Positions 1 through 9,653 of a DNA stretch of 64,000 nucleotides are shown here, piece after piece. The stretch's first letter is position 1. Every line of letters starts with the position of its first letter. The notes beneath the pieces are model-generated. The model searched no databases. It saw only the letters and a program-made list of their open reading frames with translations, and had not been told where the DNA came from. The DNA is from Bacteroides sp. GTDB lineage: Bacteria > Bacteroidota > Bacteroidia > Bacteroidales > Muribaculaceae. Location: assembly GCA_014801485.1 (NCBI GenBank), contig JAAVEC010000019.1, positions 2,176 to 66,175 on the forward strand, given 5' to 3'. The translations under genes were made by a program, and so were the position numbers.

Positions 1-2
1 GC

Positions 3-1007
3 TTCAACATCGGCGACGCACGCACCAAGATCACCAAGTGGAACAACGCCAACGGCCTTATCTACTCCTACCTGCCCACCGAGAGCAACTACACTCCCGG
101 CCAGTACTTCGGCGATATCTGGGGCTTCGAGACCGACCGCTACTTCACTGAATCCGACTTCAACTTCGTGCCCAACGCCGATCCCTCCAAGCCCGGCAGC
201 TACGTTTATGCCGACGGTGTGCCCAGCCAGACTTTCCTTGAGAACGGCTCGTTCCACTACGGCCCCGGCGATATCAAGTTCAAGGACCTGAACGGCGACG
301 GCGTGATCAACATCGGCGACCCCGACATGAAGGACGAAAACGGCAATCCCATTCCCACCCGCACCCTCCGCAACCATGGCGACCTCAAGGTGATCGGCAA
401 CGCTCTGCCCCGCTATGAGTACTCGTTCCGCCTGGGCGGTGCATGGAAGGGCTTCGACCTCGACCTGTTCTTCCAGGGCGTGGGCAAGCGCAACATGTGG
501 GCCACCGGTTCTACCATCATCCCCATGTGTCAGAGCGCGCTCGGTACTTTCACCAACCAGCTCGGCAACTACAACATCGTTAAATACGACAGCGAGACCG
601 GCCGCATCACCGAATGCATCATCGACCAGAGCAATGAATATCCCCGTATGTACTCCGGCGCCGACGGCACAGGTACCGTGGGCAGCATAGGCCAGGGCCA
701 CTTCAACTTCTATCCCCAGAGCCGCTACCTGATGAACCTCGCCTACCTGCGCCTGAAGAACCTCACCGTGGGCTACACCCTTCCCGCCGACATCACCAAG
801 AAGGCTCTCGTGCAGAAGGCCCGCGTCTACTTCAGCGCCGACAACCTCTTCTTCCTCTACAACGGAGCAAGCAAGTATCAGCTCGACCCCGAGCAGACCA
901 GCTCTTCCAACGCCTCTACCCAGGGTGCCAACGGCGGCCAGGCTACCTACGGCCGCGTAACGCCCTACCAGCGTGTGCTCTCGTTCGGTCTTCAGGTTAC
1001 ATTCTAA
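3..1007 (+). CDS. susC: SusC/RagA TonB-dependent outer-membrane transporter, C-terminal part (5' truncated by window edge)
   Basis: Frame is open from position 3 (FNIGDARTKITKWNN...), upstream of the ORF-track start at 168. SusC motifs PGDIKFKDLNGDGVI, GNALPRYEYS, AYLRLKNLTVGYTLP and C-terminal SFGLQVTF; followed by SusD. Confidence 0.95.
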   Translation, partial: FNIGDARTKITKWNNANGLIYSYLPTESNYTPGQYFGDIWGFETDRYFTESDFNFVPNADPSKPGSYVYADGVPSQTFLENGSFHYGPGDIKFKDLNGDGVINIGDPDMKDENGNPIPTRTLRNHGDLKVIGNALPRYEYSFRLGGAWKGFDLDLFFQGVGKRNMWATGSTIIPMCQSALGTFTNQLGNYNIVKYDSETGRITECIIDQSNEYPRMYSGADGTGTVGSIGQGHFNFYPQSRYLMNLAYLRLKNLTVGYTLPADITKKALVQKARVYFSADNLFFLYNGASKYQLDPEQTSSSNASTQGANGGQATYGRVTPYQRVLSFGLQVTF

Positions 1008-1025
1008 ACTCTCACAACTGAACAC

Positions 1026-2747
1026 ATGAAAAAACAATATATTCTGGGTGCAATCGCCGTTGCCGCCGCCATGGGCTCCACGAGCTGTGACGACTTCATC
1101 AACGACAACCGCTTCCCTCTGTCGCAGCAGACAGTAAACAACACGTTCTGGAGCAACAAAGAGAACGTGCAGAACCAGATCAACTACTTCTACGAAGACT
1201 ACTCCGGCTATGGCAACGGCAGTGGCAGCGGCACCTTCTACTGGAGCTGGCTGAGCGACGACCAGAGCGGCCGCACGGCCTTCAAGGACTGGACCTTCAT
1301 CACCGTGCCTGCTTCGAGCGCATCGTGGTCGGCTCCCTACGTTGAGGTGCGCCGCGCCAACCTCGTGATCGCCGGCGTGGAAGGTTCGTCCCTCACCGAA
1401 AACGAAAAGGCCAACTACCTGGGCCAGGCCCGCCTGCACCGCGCACGTAGCTACACGGATCTGATCCACCGCTACAACGACGTGCCCCTGGTGGAGACCG
1501 CGCTCGATCCCTCCGACGAAGCAGCCCTCTTCGGCCCCCGCACTTCCCGCAACGAAGTGGCCGAGTTCATCCTCAAGGACTTTGACTTCGCAGCCGAGAA
1601 TATCGCCACCCAGAGCAGCAAGACCACCTTCTCGAAGGACCTGGCTCTGGCTCAGAAACTCGAATTCTGTCTCTTTGAAGGCTCCTGGGCCCGCTACCAC
1701 CAGAAGGACGAGACCCGCGCCAAGAAGTTCTTCGAGGAAGCCGTGAAGGCCGGCGAGGCTATCGCAGCCCGCTATCCCATCGGTGCCGACTACAGCGCCA
1801 ACTACCGCTCGGCCCGCACCGCCCTTGGCGACTACGCCGCCCTCTCGGCCAACAACGAGATGATCTTCATCAAGGAATACAATGAGGGCGTGTTCATGAA
1901 CTCCATCACCGACTATAGCAATGCCTCCGACGGCGTGGCCGGTATCACCAAGGACGCTTTCGAGAACTACCTCTTCCTCGACGGCCGTCCCGCAGCAAGC
2001 ACCACGCTGGATAAGACCGACCTGGGCGTGCCCACCGACAACGGTATCGACATCAGCAACCTCCTGGCCGTGCGCGACCAGCGCCTGGCTCAGACCACCT
2101 ATCCCGGCGTGTGCGCCCAGGGTATGAGCTGGAGCGCCAGCAACACCGTGGGCATGTGGTCCAGCACCGGTTATGGCGTGAGCAAGTTCAACAACCCCGC
2201 AATGCCCTCCAACGTCGTGAACGAAATCAACAAGGGCTACCTCTGCGCTCCCCTCTATTGGGGCGCCCGCCTCTACCTGGGCATCGCCGAGGCCAAGGCC
2301 GAGCTCGGCACCCTCAGCGACGCCGACGTGACCAAGTACATCAAGCCCCTCTGGGACCGCGCAGGCATCGACACCAGCGTGCTCAACAAGGCATGGCTCG
2401 AAAACCTCAACGACCCCAAGAACAACATGGGCGTGAGCAGCCTGCTCTGGGAAATCCGCCGCTGCCGCCGCTGCGAGCTCATCATGGACGACAACATCCG
2501 CTACTGGGACCTCGTGCGCTGGCACAAGCTCGACCTGCTCGACAGCTACCAGCACCCCGACATCCTGCTGGGTGCCAACGTGAGCAACGCTCCCGCTGAT
2601 TACGCTCCCGCCATTCCCCAGACCAACGGCTACGTGAACGGCACGTTCGGCCAGGGCCGCACATTCAACGAGAAGTACTATCTCTATCCCGTTCCCTCGG
2701 GCCAGATAGCTCTCAACCCGGCTCTCACCCAGAACCCCGGCTGGTAA
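1026..2747 (+). CDS. susD: SusD/RagB family glycan-binding lipoprotein
   Basis: Lipoprotein signal (…GSTSC), GQARLHRARSY helix, EIRRCRRCEL..RYWDLVRW and YLYPVP…LTQNPGW terminus. Confidence 0.95.
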   Translation: MKKQYILGAIAVAAAMGSTSCDDFINDNRFPLSQQTVNNTFWSNKENVQNQINYFYEDYSGYGNGSGSGTFYWSWLSDDQSGRTAFKDWTFITVPASSASWSAPYVEVRRANLVIAGVEGSSLTENEKANYLGQARLHRARSYTDLIHRYNDVPLVETALDPSDEAALFGPRTSRNEVAEFILKDFDFAAENIATQSSKTTFSKDLALAQKLEFCLFEGSWARYHQKDETRAKKFFEEAVKAGEAIAARYPIGADYSANYRSARTALGDYAALSANNEMIFIKEYNEGVFMNSITDYSNASDGVAGITKDAFENYLFLDGRPAASTTLDKTDLGVPTDNGIDISNLLAVRDQRLAQTTYPGVCAQGMSWSASNTVGMWSSTGYGVSKFNNPAMPSNVVNEINKGYLCAPLYWGARLYLGIAEAKAELGTLSDADVTKYIKPLWDRAGIDTSVLNKAWLENLNDPKNNMGVSSLLWEIRRCRRCELIMDDNIRYWDLVRWHKLDLLDSYQHPDILLGANVSNAPADYAPAIPQTNGYVNGTFGQGRTFNEKYYLYPVPSGQIALNPALTQNPGW

Positions 2748-2779
2748 TCGACACCTCTAATACTTAATATCCCCTCCAT

Positions 2780-2823
2780 GCAGGAGGTAGACGCCCCCGA
2801 GGCGTTTACCTCCTGCTTTTTTC
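2780..2823 (+). terminator. Rho-independent terminator after susD
   Basis: Stem gcaggaggtagacgcc / ggcgtttacctcctgc with a 5-nt loop, followed by a T run. Confidence 0.85.
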
Positions 2824-2958
2824 TTGGGGAGGAGAGGAAGGAAAATCCGGATATAAGATAGAAGTGAAAATAATTGAAAATATGTATATAAATATTAAAT
2901 ATCGGGTGTTTTGCACATTTTTATAGCTTTTGACGAGGATTTTTTGCTGTGGAAGTCT

Positions 2959-2966
2959 TACCTTTG
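2959..2966 (+). promoter_or_regulatory. Bacteroidetes sigma-A -7 element (TACCTTTG) for the peptidoglycan operon
   Basis: Matches TAnnTTTG in an AT-rich gap about 40 nt upstream of ATG 3005. Confidence 0.65.
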
Positions 2967-3004
2967 TAGGGTAGGGGCATATCATGTGTCTCTCGCAAGC
3001 TTTT

Positions 3005-5947
3005 ATGAAAAAAATATTAGTAGCTCTTTTTGCTCTCGGTGCCGTTGTTTCGGGCCGTGCAGCGCAGGCGGCTCCGGATAAGGCCGCAGTGGCTTCGGTC
3101 ATCAATGCTTATCTGCCCGGAAGTTCGGGTTTTGTGGTGAAAGTGGATAGCATCGACCTTGATGCTCGTGCCCGCAAGGCCACCGTATATTGCAACGAGG
3201 CGGCTTCGTATCTGTCGCTGGATGCGCTGCGCACGGCGGCTCTCACGGCTGAGGTGGGCAAGGCTCTGGGCGAAGATGCCAAGGGCTATAAGGTGGACGT
3301 GCGTGCCGCCGGCCACAGCCTCAACGATCTCGCCCGCTTTGCCTCGAAGGCTCCGGCTGCTCCGCGAGAGAAGCTCCCCTTCGTGGTGGACAAGAGCGCT
3401 CAGCCTGCCCCCAAGGGTCTTGACGGTGCCAATATTGCGCTGTGGCAGAGCCACGGCTGGTATTTCGAGCCCAAGCTCAACCGCTGGGAATGGCAGCGCG
3501 CGCGCATCTTCCAGACCGTGGAAGATCTCTACACGCAGAGCTACGTGATGCCCTTCCTGATGCCTATGCTGCGCAATGCCGGTGCCTACGTGATGAGTCC
3601 GCGCGAGCGCGACACAAATCTCACGGAGATTATCGTGGACAACGACGGCTCCTTCGCCCATCCCGGCTATAGCGACGATGCCGCCGCGTGGAGCGATGCC
3701 GGCGTGCCTGCCTTTGCATATCGCCGCGCCAAGCTGCGCAACGACGAGAATCCCTTCCGCGAGGGCACGGCCCGCAAGGCTACTACCGTGAAGCGTGCCG
3801 ACAAAGCCACCACCGCCCGCTGGAATGCCACTATCCCGACGGCCGATGACTATGCCGTGTACGTGAGCTACGCAGCCCTTCCCAATGCCACCACTGATGC
3901 CCGCTACACCGTGCTGGCAGCCGACGGCGAGCATGAATTCACCGTGAACCAGACCATGGGTGCCGGCACCTGGATCTATCTGGGCCACTTCCCACTGGAG
4001 GCCGGCGAGCAGACCGTGGTGGAGCTCTCCACTTTGGGCTCCAAGGCCGGACGCGCCATCAGCGCCGACGCCGTGAAGATAGGCGGCGGCATGGGCAACG
4101 TGGAGCGCATCGTGAAAGAACCGCTCGACAGCATCAACTACCGCTACGTGGGCAGCGGCTATCCTCGCTTCACCGAGGGCGCGCGCTACTTCCTGCAGTG
4201 GGCCGGAGCTCCCGACAGCGTGTACACGCCCAGCGGCAACGTGAACGACTACAACGACGACTACCGCAGCCGCGGCCTGTGGGTGAACTGGATGGCCGGC
4301 GGCTCGTCGATGCTTCCCGGCCGCGAAGGCCTGGGCGTGCCCATCGATCTGAGCTTTGCCTTCCACAGCGATGCCGGCACCACGCGTGACGACAGCATCA
4401 TCGGTACCCTGGGTATCTACAGCACTGCCAACGGCAAGCTGGGCAACGGCTCCACGGCCATGGCCTCGCGCGACTTCACCGACCTGGTGATGACCAACAT
4501 CGTGGATGATGTGCGCGCGCAATTCGAGCCCGCCTGGACCCGTCGCGGCATGTGGGACAAGAGCTACTTCGAGGCTCGCGTGCCCGCCGTGCCCGCAATG
4601 CTGCTGGAGCTGCTCTCGCACCAGAACTTCGCCGATATGAAATATGGCCTCGACCCCGAGTTCCGCTTCACCGTGAGCCGTGCTATATATAAAGGTATGC
4701 TTCAGTTCCTGGCCCACCGCGACGGACGCCCCTACGTGGTGCAGCCCCTTGCCCCCCGTGCGTTTGCCATCAGCACCACCGCCGAGGAAGGCCGGTATCG
4801 CCTCACCTGGGAGGCCACGCCCGACAGCCTTGAGGCCACGGCCATGCCGGCCTACTACCTGGTGCAGGAAACCATCAACAACAACGGCGCTTTCCGCACC
4901 ATCGCCAAGGTGACGGAGCCCGAATACGTATACGATGCCCCCGACTCGGCCATCCATTGCTTCCGCATCATTGCCGGTAACGACGGTGGTGTGAGCTTCC
5001 CCTCCGAGACCCTCGCGCTGCGCTACGACGAGAACGACGCGCAGCCCGTGCTGGTGGTGAACGGATTCACGCGCCTGAGCGCCCCCGACTGGTTTGACAG
5101 CGGCGAAATCGCCGGCTTCTACGACACTCGCGACCACGGCGTGCCCTATATCGAGGACATCAGCTTCATCGGCAGCCAGTTTGAATTCCGCCGCGACATC
5201 CCCTGGATGGACGACGACGCCGCAGGTTTCGGTGCTTCGCGTGCCGACTATGAGGACAAAGTGGTGGCCGGCAACACCTTCGACTATGTATATACCCACG
5301 GCGAAGCTATCTCGGCCGCCGGTCGCGGATTCATCAGCAGCAGCGTCGAGGCATTCTGCCGCAACGGCGCACAGCCCGGCCAGACCATAGACCTGATCCT
5401 GGGCAAGCAGAAGGAGACCGCCAAGGGCCGCGGCGTGTACGGCACCAAGTACAAGACCTTCCCGGCTGCCCTGCAGGAGCGCCTGCGCGAGGCCACGAAG
5501 GGCGGAAGCTCGGTGTTTGTGAGCGGCTCCTACGTGGCCACCGACCTCTGGGATAATCCCCACAGCAGCGCCGAAGTGGCCGAAGCCGACAAAGCCTTCG
5601 CCCGCGAAGTGCTGGGCTACAACTGGCGCGTGGGTCAGGCCACCGTCGAGGGCGGAGCCTATGAAGTGGACACCCGCTTCCCGGCCTTCACCGGCGGCAA
5701 CTACAGCTTTGCCCAGACGCTCAACAGCGACGTCTACGCCGTGGAGTCGCCCGACTCCTTCTTTGCCGCCGATCCCAAGCGCGGCTGCACCCTGATGCGC
5801 TACACCGAGAACAACCTCGTGGCCGGCATCGCCTTCCAGGGCGACGGCTACCGCACCGTGGTGCTGGGATTCCCCTTCGAGACCATCGACAGCATGGCTG
5901 CCCGTGAGGGTCTCATGAATCAGATTCTTAACTTCTTCAAGAAATAA
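3005..5947 (+). CDS. Secreted multidomain N-acetylmuramoyl-L-alanine amidase-like protein (Amidase_3 core, golvesin/Xly-like beta-sandwich, FN3); family often auto-annotated as xanthan lyase
   Basis: Signal peptide MKKILVALFALG; putative Zn ligands WQSHG…EDL, FAFHSDA and PAMLLE; inserted ARW…YAVYVSY…VNQ…GTWIYLGHF…ADAVKIG domain; FN3-like YRLTWEA…YYLV. Start chosen at the second Met. Confidence 0.75.
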   Translation: MKKILVALFALGAVVSGRAAQAAPDKAAVASVINAYLPGSSGFVVKVDSIDLDARARKATVYCNEAASYLSLDALRTAALTAEVGKALGEDAKGYKVDVRAAGHSLNDLARFASKAPAAPREKLPFVVDKSAQPAPKGLDGANIALWQSHGWYFEPKLNRWEWQRARIFQTVEDLYTQSYVMPFLMPMLRNAGAYVMSPRERDTNLTEIIVDNDGSFAHPGYSDDAAAWSDAGVPAFAYRRAKLRNDENPFREGTARKATTVKRADKATTARWNATIPTADDYAVYVSYAALPNATTDARYTVLAADGEHEFTVNQTMGAGTWIYLGHFPLEAGEQTVVELSTLGSKAGRAISADAVKIGGGMGNVERIVKEPLDSINYRYVGSGYPRFTEGARYFLQWAGAPDSVYTPSGNVNDYNDDYRSRGLWVNWMAGGSSMLPGREGLGVPIDLSFAFHSDAGTTRDDSIIGTLGIYSTANGKLGNGSTAMASRDFTDLVMTNIVDDVRAQFEPAWTRRGMWDKSYFEARVPAVPAMLLELLSHQNFADMKYGLDPEFRFTVSRAIYKGMLQFLAHRDGRPYVVQPLAPRAFAISTTAEEGRYRLTWEATPDSLEATAMPAYYLVQETINNNGAFRTIAKVTEPEYVYDAPDSAIHCFRIIAGNDGGVSFPSETLALRYDENDAQPVLVVNGFTRLSAPDWFDSGEIAGFYDTRDHGVPYIEDISFIGSQFEFRRDIPWMDDDAAGFGASRADYEDKVVAGNTFDYVYTHGEAISAAGRGFISSSVEAFCRNGAQPGQTIDLILGKQKETAKGRGVYGTKYKTFPAALQERLREATKGGSSVFVSGSYVATDLWDNPHSSAEVAEADKAFAREVLGYNWRVGQATVEGGAYEVDTRFPAFTGGNYSFAQTLNSDVYAVESPDSFFAADPKRGCTLMRYTENNLVAGIAFQGDGYRTVVLGFPFETIDSMAAREGLMNQILNFFKK

Positions 5948-5951
5948 TGCT

Positions 5952-7424
5952 ATGAAAGCAATCACCTGCTTCCTCCCCTATGCCGACGCAGCCCAGGTGC
6001 TGCCCACCATCGAGGCCCTCAAGGCCGAAAACGCCATCGCACGCATCTGCCTGCTCGCAGGCCCTGATGCCGACACCTCCGCCGTGCCCGCCGGCTGCGA
6101 CGTGGTGCCCGCCACCGATGGCCTCAACGCCTCCTCCACCATGCGCGCTATAGCCGAGGCCACCGACACGGAATTCATCCTCCTCTACACCAAATACAAC
6201 AAGCTCGTGCCCGGCTACCACGCCCTGGAGCGCCTGCTGCGCCTGGCCGCCGACAGCGGCGCCGGCATGCTCTATGCCGACAGCTATGCCGTGGATCCCG
6301 AGGGCAAGCGCACTGCGGCTCCCGTGATCGACTATCAGGAGGGTTCGCTGCGCGACGACTTCAACTTCGGCTCGCTCATGCTATTCTCGGCCGCAGTGTT
6401 CAAGCTGGCTGCCGCCGGCATCGACCGCGACTATAAGGCCGCCGGCCTCTACGACCTGCGCCTGCGCGTGAGCCGCATCGCCCCCATCGTGCACGTGAAT
6501 GAATATCTCTACACCGACGTGCAGCTCGACAACCGCCGCAGCGGCGAGAAAATCTTCGACTACGTGGACCCCAAGAACCGCGGCGTGCAGATTGAGATGG
6601 AGCAGGCATGCACAGAGCACCTCAAGGCCGTGGGCGGATACCTGGAGCCTGAGTTCGACAAAATCGAATTCGGCGCCGAGCAATTCCCCGTTGAGGCTAC
6701 GGTGGTAATCCCCGTGCGCAACCGCGTGCGCACCATCCGCGATGCCATCAACAGCGTGCTCTCGCAGAAGACCGATTTCCCCTTCAACCTCATCGTGGTC
6801 GACAATCACAGCACCGACGGCACCACCGAGGCCATCGACGAATTCACCGATCCCCGCGTGATCCACATCATCCCCGAGCGTGAAGACCTGGGCATAGGCG
6901 GCTGCTGGAACATGGCCGTGGACGATGCCCGATGCGGCAAATTCGCCGTCCAGCTCGACAGCGACGACGTCTACAGCGGCACCGACACTCTCCAGAAGAT
7001 CGTGAACGCCTTCTATGAGCAGAACTGCGGCATGGTGGTGGGCACCTATTGTCTCACCGACATTGACATGAACACCATTCCCCCCGGCATGATCGACCAC
7101 AAGGAATGGACCCCCGACAACGGCCGCAACAACGCCCTGCGCATCAACGGCCTGGGTGCACCGCGTGCATTCTACACGCCCATGCTGCGCGCCATCAAGG
7201 TGCCCAACACCAGCTACGGCGAAGACTATGCCCTGGGTCTGGCCTTCTCGCGCCACAACCAGATAGGCCGCATCTACGACGTGCTCTACTTCTGCCGCCG
7301 CTGGGAAGACAACAGCGATGCCGCCCTCGACATCAACAAGATGAACGCCAACAACCTCTACAAGGACCGCATCCGCACCTGGGAACTCCAGGCACGCAAG
7401 GCCCTGAACGCTCAGAAGAAATAA
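5952..7424 (+). CDS. GT2-family glycosyltransferase with an extra N-terminal GT-A-like domain
   Basis: C-terminal half has VVIPVRNR…VVDNHSTDGT…QLDSDD…GEDY; no signal peptide. Confidence 0.85.
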   Translation: MKAITCFLPYADAAQVLPTIEALKAENAIARICLLAGPDADTSAVPAGCDVVPATDGLNASSTMRAIAEATDTEFILLYTKYNKLVPGYHALERLLRLAADSGAGMLYADSYAVDPEGKRTAAPVIDYQEGSLRDDFNFGSLMLFSAAVFKLAAAGIDRDYKAAGLYDLRLRVSRIAPIVHVNEYLYTDVQLDNRRSGEKIFDYVDPKNRGVQIEMEQACTEHLKAVGGYLEPEFDKIEFGAEQFPVEATVVIPVRNRVRTIRDAINSVLSQKTDFPFNLIVVDNHSTDGTTEAIDEFTDPRVIHIIPEREDLGIGGCWNMAVDDARCGKFAVQLDSDDVYSGTDTLQKIVNAFYEQNCGMVVGTYCLTDIDMNTIPPGMIDHKEWTPDNGRNNALRINGLGAPRAFYTPMLRAIKVPNTSYGEDYALGLAFSRHNQIGRIYDVLYFCRRWEDNSDAALDINKMNANNLYKDRIRTWELQARKALNAQKK

Positions 7425-7425
7425 G

Positions 7426-8361
7426 ATGGCCGTAAATTCTGCTCAAATAGCCGATTTCCTTGCCGCCCAGTGCGCCGAGTGGCCCCTCGCGGCCCGCAAC
7501 TTCGGTGCCCTGGACGGCGTGGAAGTGCGCACCGTGGATATGCCCGGCTGGACGTTCAAGGTGCAGTTCAATCCCGCGCGCATCGTGAGCAGCGGCGCCA
7601 AGGTCGACGCCCGCTCGCTGGCCGAGCGCCCCTGCTTCCTATGCGATAAAAACCGCCCTGCCGAGCAGCGCGGAATAGAGTGGGGCGACTATACCATTCT
7701 GGTGAACCCCTTCCCCATCTTTCCGCGCCACCTCACCATCCCGGCCAACGACCACACGCCGCAGCGCATAGCCGGCCGCGTGGCCGACATGCTGCGCCTG
7801 GCCACGGAGCTGCAGGGCTACACCGTGTTCTACAACGGCCCGCGCTGCGGAGCCTCCGCTCCCGACCACATGCACTTCCAGGCCGGCAACAGCGATTTCC
7901 TCACCCTGGCCGAGGCCATCGACGGCGCAGAGCTGCGTCCCCTCGTGGTGGATGAGGATGGAGCCATGCTGGCCGTGGCCACGTCGTTGCCCCTGAACGT
8001 ATTCGTGATCGATGCACCCACGCCCGAAGCCGGCGCCGCACTCTTCGACCGCCTCTACGCAGCCATGCCCGTGCCCGAGGGCGAGGAAGAGCCCATGCTC
8101 AATCTCCTCGCCTACGCCACCGACGGCGAAGGCACGCGCCTGGTGGTGGTGCCCCGCAAGCGTCATCGCCCCAGCTTCTACGGCACCGAGGGCGAGGGCT
8201 GCATGCTCCTGAGCCCTGCCAGCGTGGATATGGGCGGAGCATTCATCACTCCCCGCCGCGAGGACTTCGACCGCATTGATGCCGAGGTGCTCACGCGCGT
8301 ATTCGACGAACTTTGTCTTTCCGACGACGAAATAAACAGCATAGCAGATAATGTGCAATAA
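7426..8361 (+). CDS. DUF4922 protein, HIT/GalT-like nucleotidyltransferase or phosphorylase
   Basis: QFNPARI, RPCFLC, LVNPFPIF and FYNGPRCGASAPDHMHFQ (HxHxQ motif). Confidence 0.8.
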   Translation: MAVNSAQIADFLAAQCAEWPLAARNFGALDGVEVRTVDMPGWTFKVQFNPARIVSSGAKVDARSLAERPCFLCDKNRPAEQRGIEWGDYTILVNPFPIFPRHLTIPANDHTPQRIAGRVADMLRLATELQGYTVFYNGPRCGASAPDHMHFQAGNSDFLTLAEAIDGAELRPLVVDEDGAMLAVATSLPLNVFVIDAPTPEAGAALFDRLYAAMPVPEGEEEPMLNLLAYATDGEGTRLVVVPRKRHRPSFYGTEGEGCMLLSPASVDMGGAFITPRREDFDRIDAEVLTRVFDELCLSDDEINSIADNVQ

Positions 8362-9637
8362 AGCTACAGAACGCCCCACGGTATCGGTGGGTATCATCAC
8401 AGCCCGGGCTGTGGATATAGTGTTTCACGGTGCCTTCTCAGCAAGCGACGGCAGCCGCGTGGAAGGTGCCATGCACTTCGAGGAACTTCCCGAAGCCATC
8501 GAATTCACTCCCTTGCAGCCCGATGCCCGCTTTGAGGTGAAAGACGTGGTTATAGGCGTGGACTTCCACTGGGAGCGCCGCGAGAATCAGGCCTTCGAGG
8601 GCAGCCTGCGGCTGAAGCCCTCGCAAGACGGTATTATAGTGATCAACGTGATCGACGTGGAGAGCTACCTGCGCAGCGTGATATCGTCGGAAATGAGCGC
8701 AACCTCCTCGCCTGCGCTTCTGCGTGCCCACGCAGTGATCTCGCGTAGCTGGCTGCTGGCCCAGATCGACAAAAACCGGCGCATATCCCAAGGCGACCAG
8801 AAGGCCTACGAAATGCTCGTGACCGATACAGAAATATGCACATGGCAGGACCGCGAAGACCACACGGAATTCGACGTGTGTGCCGACGACCATTGCCAGC
8901 GCTATCAGGGCGTGACGCGCCAGACCACTCCCGCCGTGGCCGAGGCCGTGGAAGCCACCTCCGGCATGGTGCTTCTCGACCCCGACACGCGCCTGCTGGC
9001 CGATGCCCGCTTCAGCAAGTGCTGCGGCGGCGTGTTTGAGCTCTTCGAGAATTGCTGGGAGCCCGTGCACCACAGCTATCTCACGGTGCGCAGCGACGCA
9101 CCGGATCCCCTGCTGTATCCCGACCTGCGTTACGAGCCCCGTGCGCGCGCCTGGATCGAGGCCTCGCCCGATGCTTTCTGCAACACCACCGACACCCGTG
9201 TGCTCTCGCAGGTGCTCAACAACTACGACCAGGAAACCACCGACTTCTACCGCTGGACCGTGCGCTACAGCGCCGAGGAGCTCACCGCCCTCGTGCTCAA
9301 GCGCACCGGCATCGACTTCGGCCTCATCACCGATATGGTGCCCGTGGAGCGCGGCACATCCGGCCGTATCGTGCGCCTGCGCATCGTGGGCACGCGTCGC
9401 ACCGTCACCCTGGGTAAAGAACTCACCATCCGCCACGCCCTCAGCACCAGCCATCTGCGCTCCTCGGCCTTCGTCGTAGACCGCGACGGCGACGACTTCG
9501 TGCTGCGCGGTGCCGGATGGGGCCACGGAGTGGGACTGTGCCAGATAGGCGCTGCCGTGATGGCCGACAAAGGCTACACCTGGCAGCAGATTCTGGCCCA
9601 CTACTTCCCCGGAGCTCTTATCGAGAAAAAGTATTAA
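8351..9637 (+). CDS. SpoIID/LytB-domain lytic transglycosylase-like protein
   Basis: ESYLRSVISSEM (catalytic Glu), ALLRAHAVISRS, CADDHCQRYQG and GAGWGHGVGLCQIGA…ILAHYFPG. Confidence 0.9.
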   Translation: MCNKATERPTVSVGIITARAVDIVFHGAFSASDGSRVEGAMHFEELPEAIEFTPLQPDARFEVKDVVIGVDFHWERRENQAFEGSLRLKPSQDGIIVINVIDVESYLRSVISSEMSATSSPALLRAHAVISRSWLLAQIDKNRRISQGDQKAYEMLVTDTEICTWQDREDHTEFDVCADDHCQRYQGVTRQTTPAVAEAVEATSGMVLLDPDTRLLADARFSKCCGGVFELFENCWEPVHHSYLTVRSDAPDPLLYPDLRYEPRARAWIEASPDAFCNTTDTRVLSQVLNNYDQETTDFYRWTVRYSAEELTALVLKRTGIDFGLITDMVPVERGTSGRIVRLRIVGTRRTVTLGKELTIRHALSTSHLRSSAFVVDRDGDDFVLRGAGWGHGVGLCQIGAAVMADKGYTWQQILAHYFPGALIEKKY

Positions 9638-9653
9638 TACCTTATAGAATATC

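Noticed and set aside
3017-5965. Long antisense ORFs (e.g. 3017-5965, 9930-11561, 13369-15315, 21897-23456, 29896-31539, 39755-41467)
   Set aside because: They mirror well-supported genes on the other strand, have no motifs, and are expected from strong GC3 codon bias.
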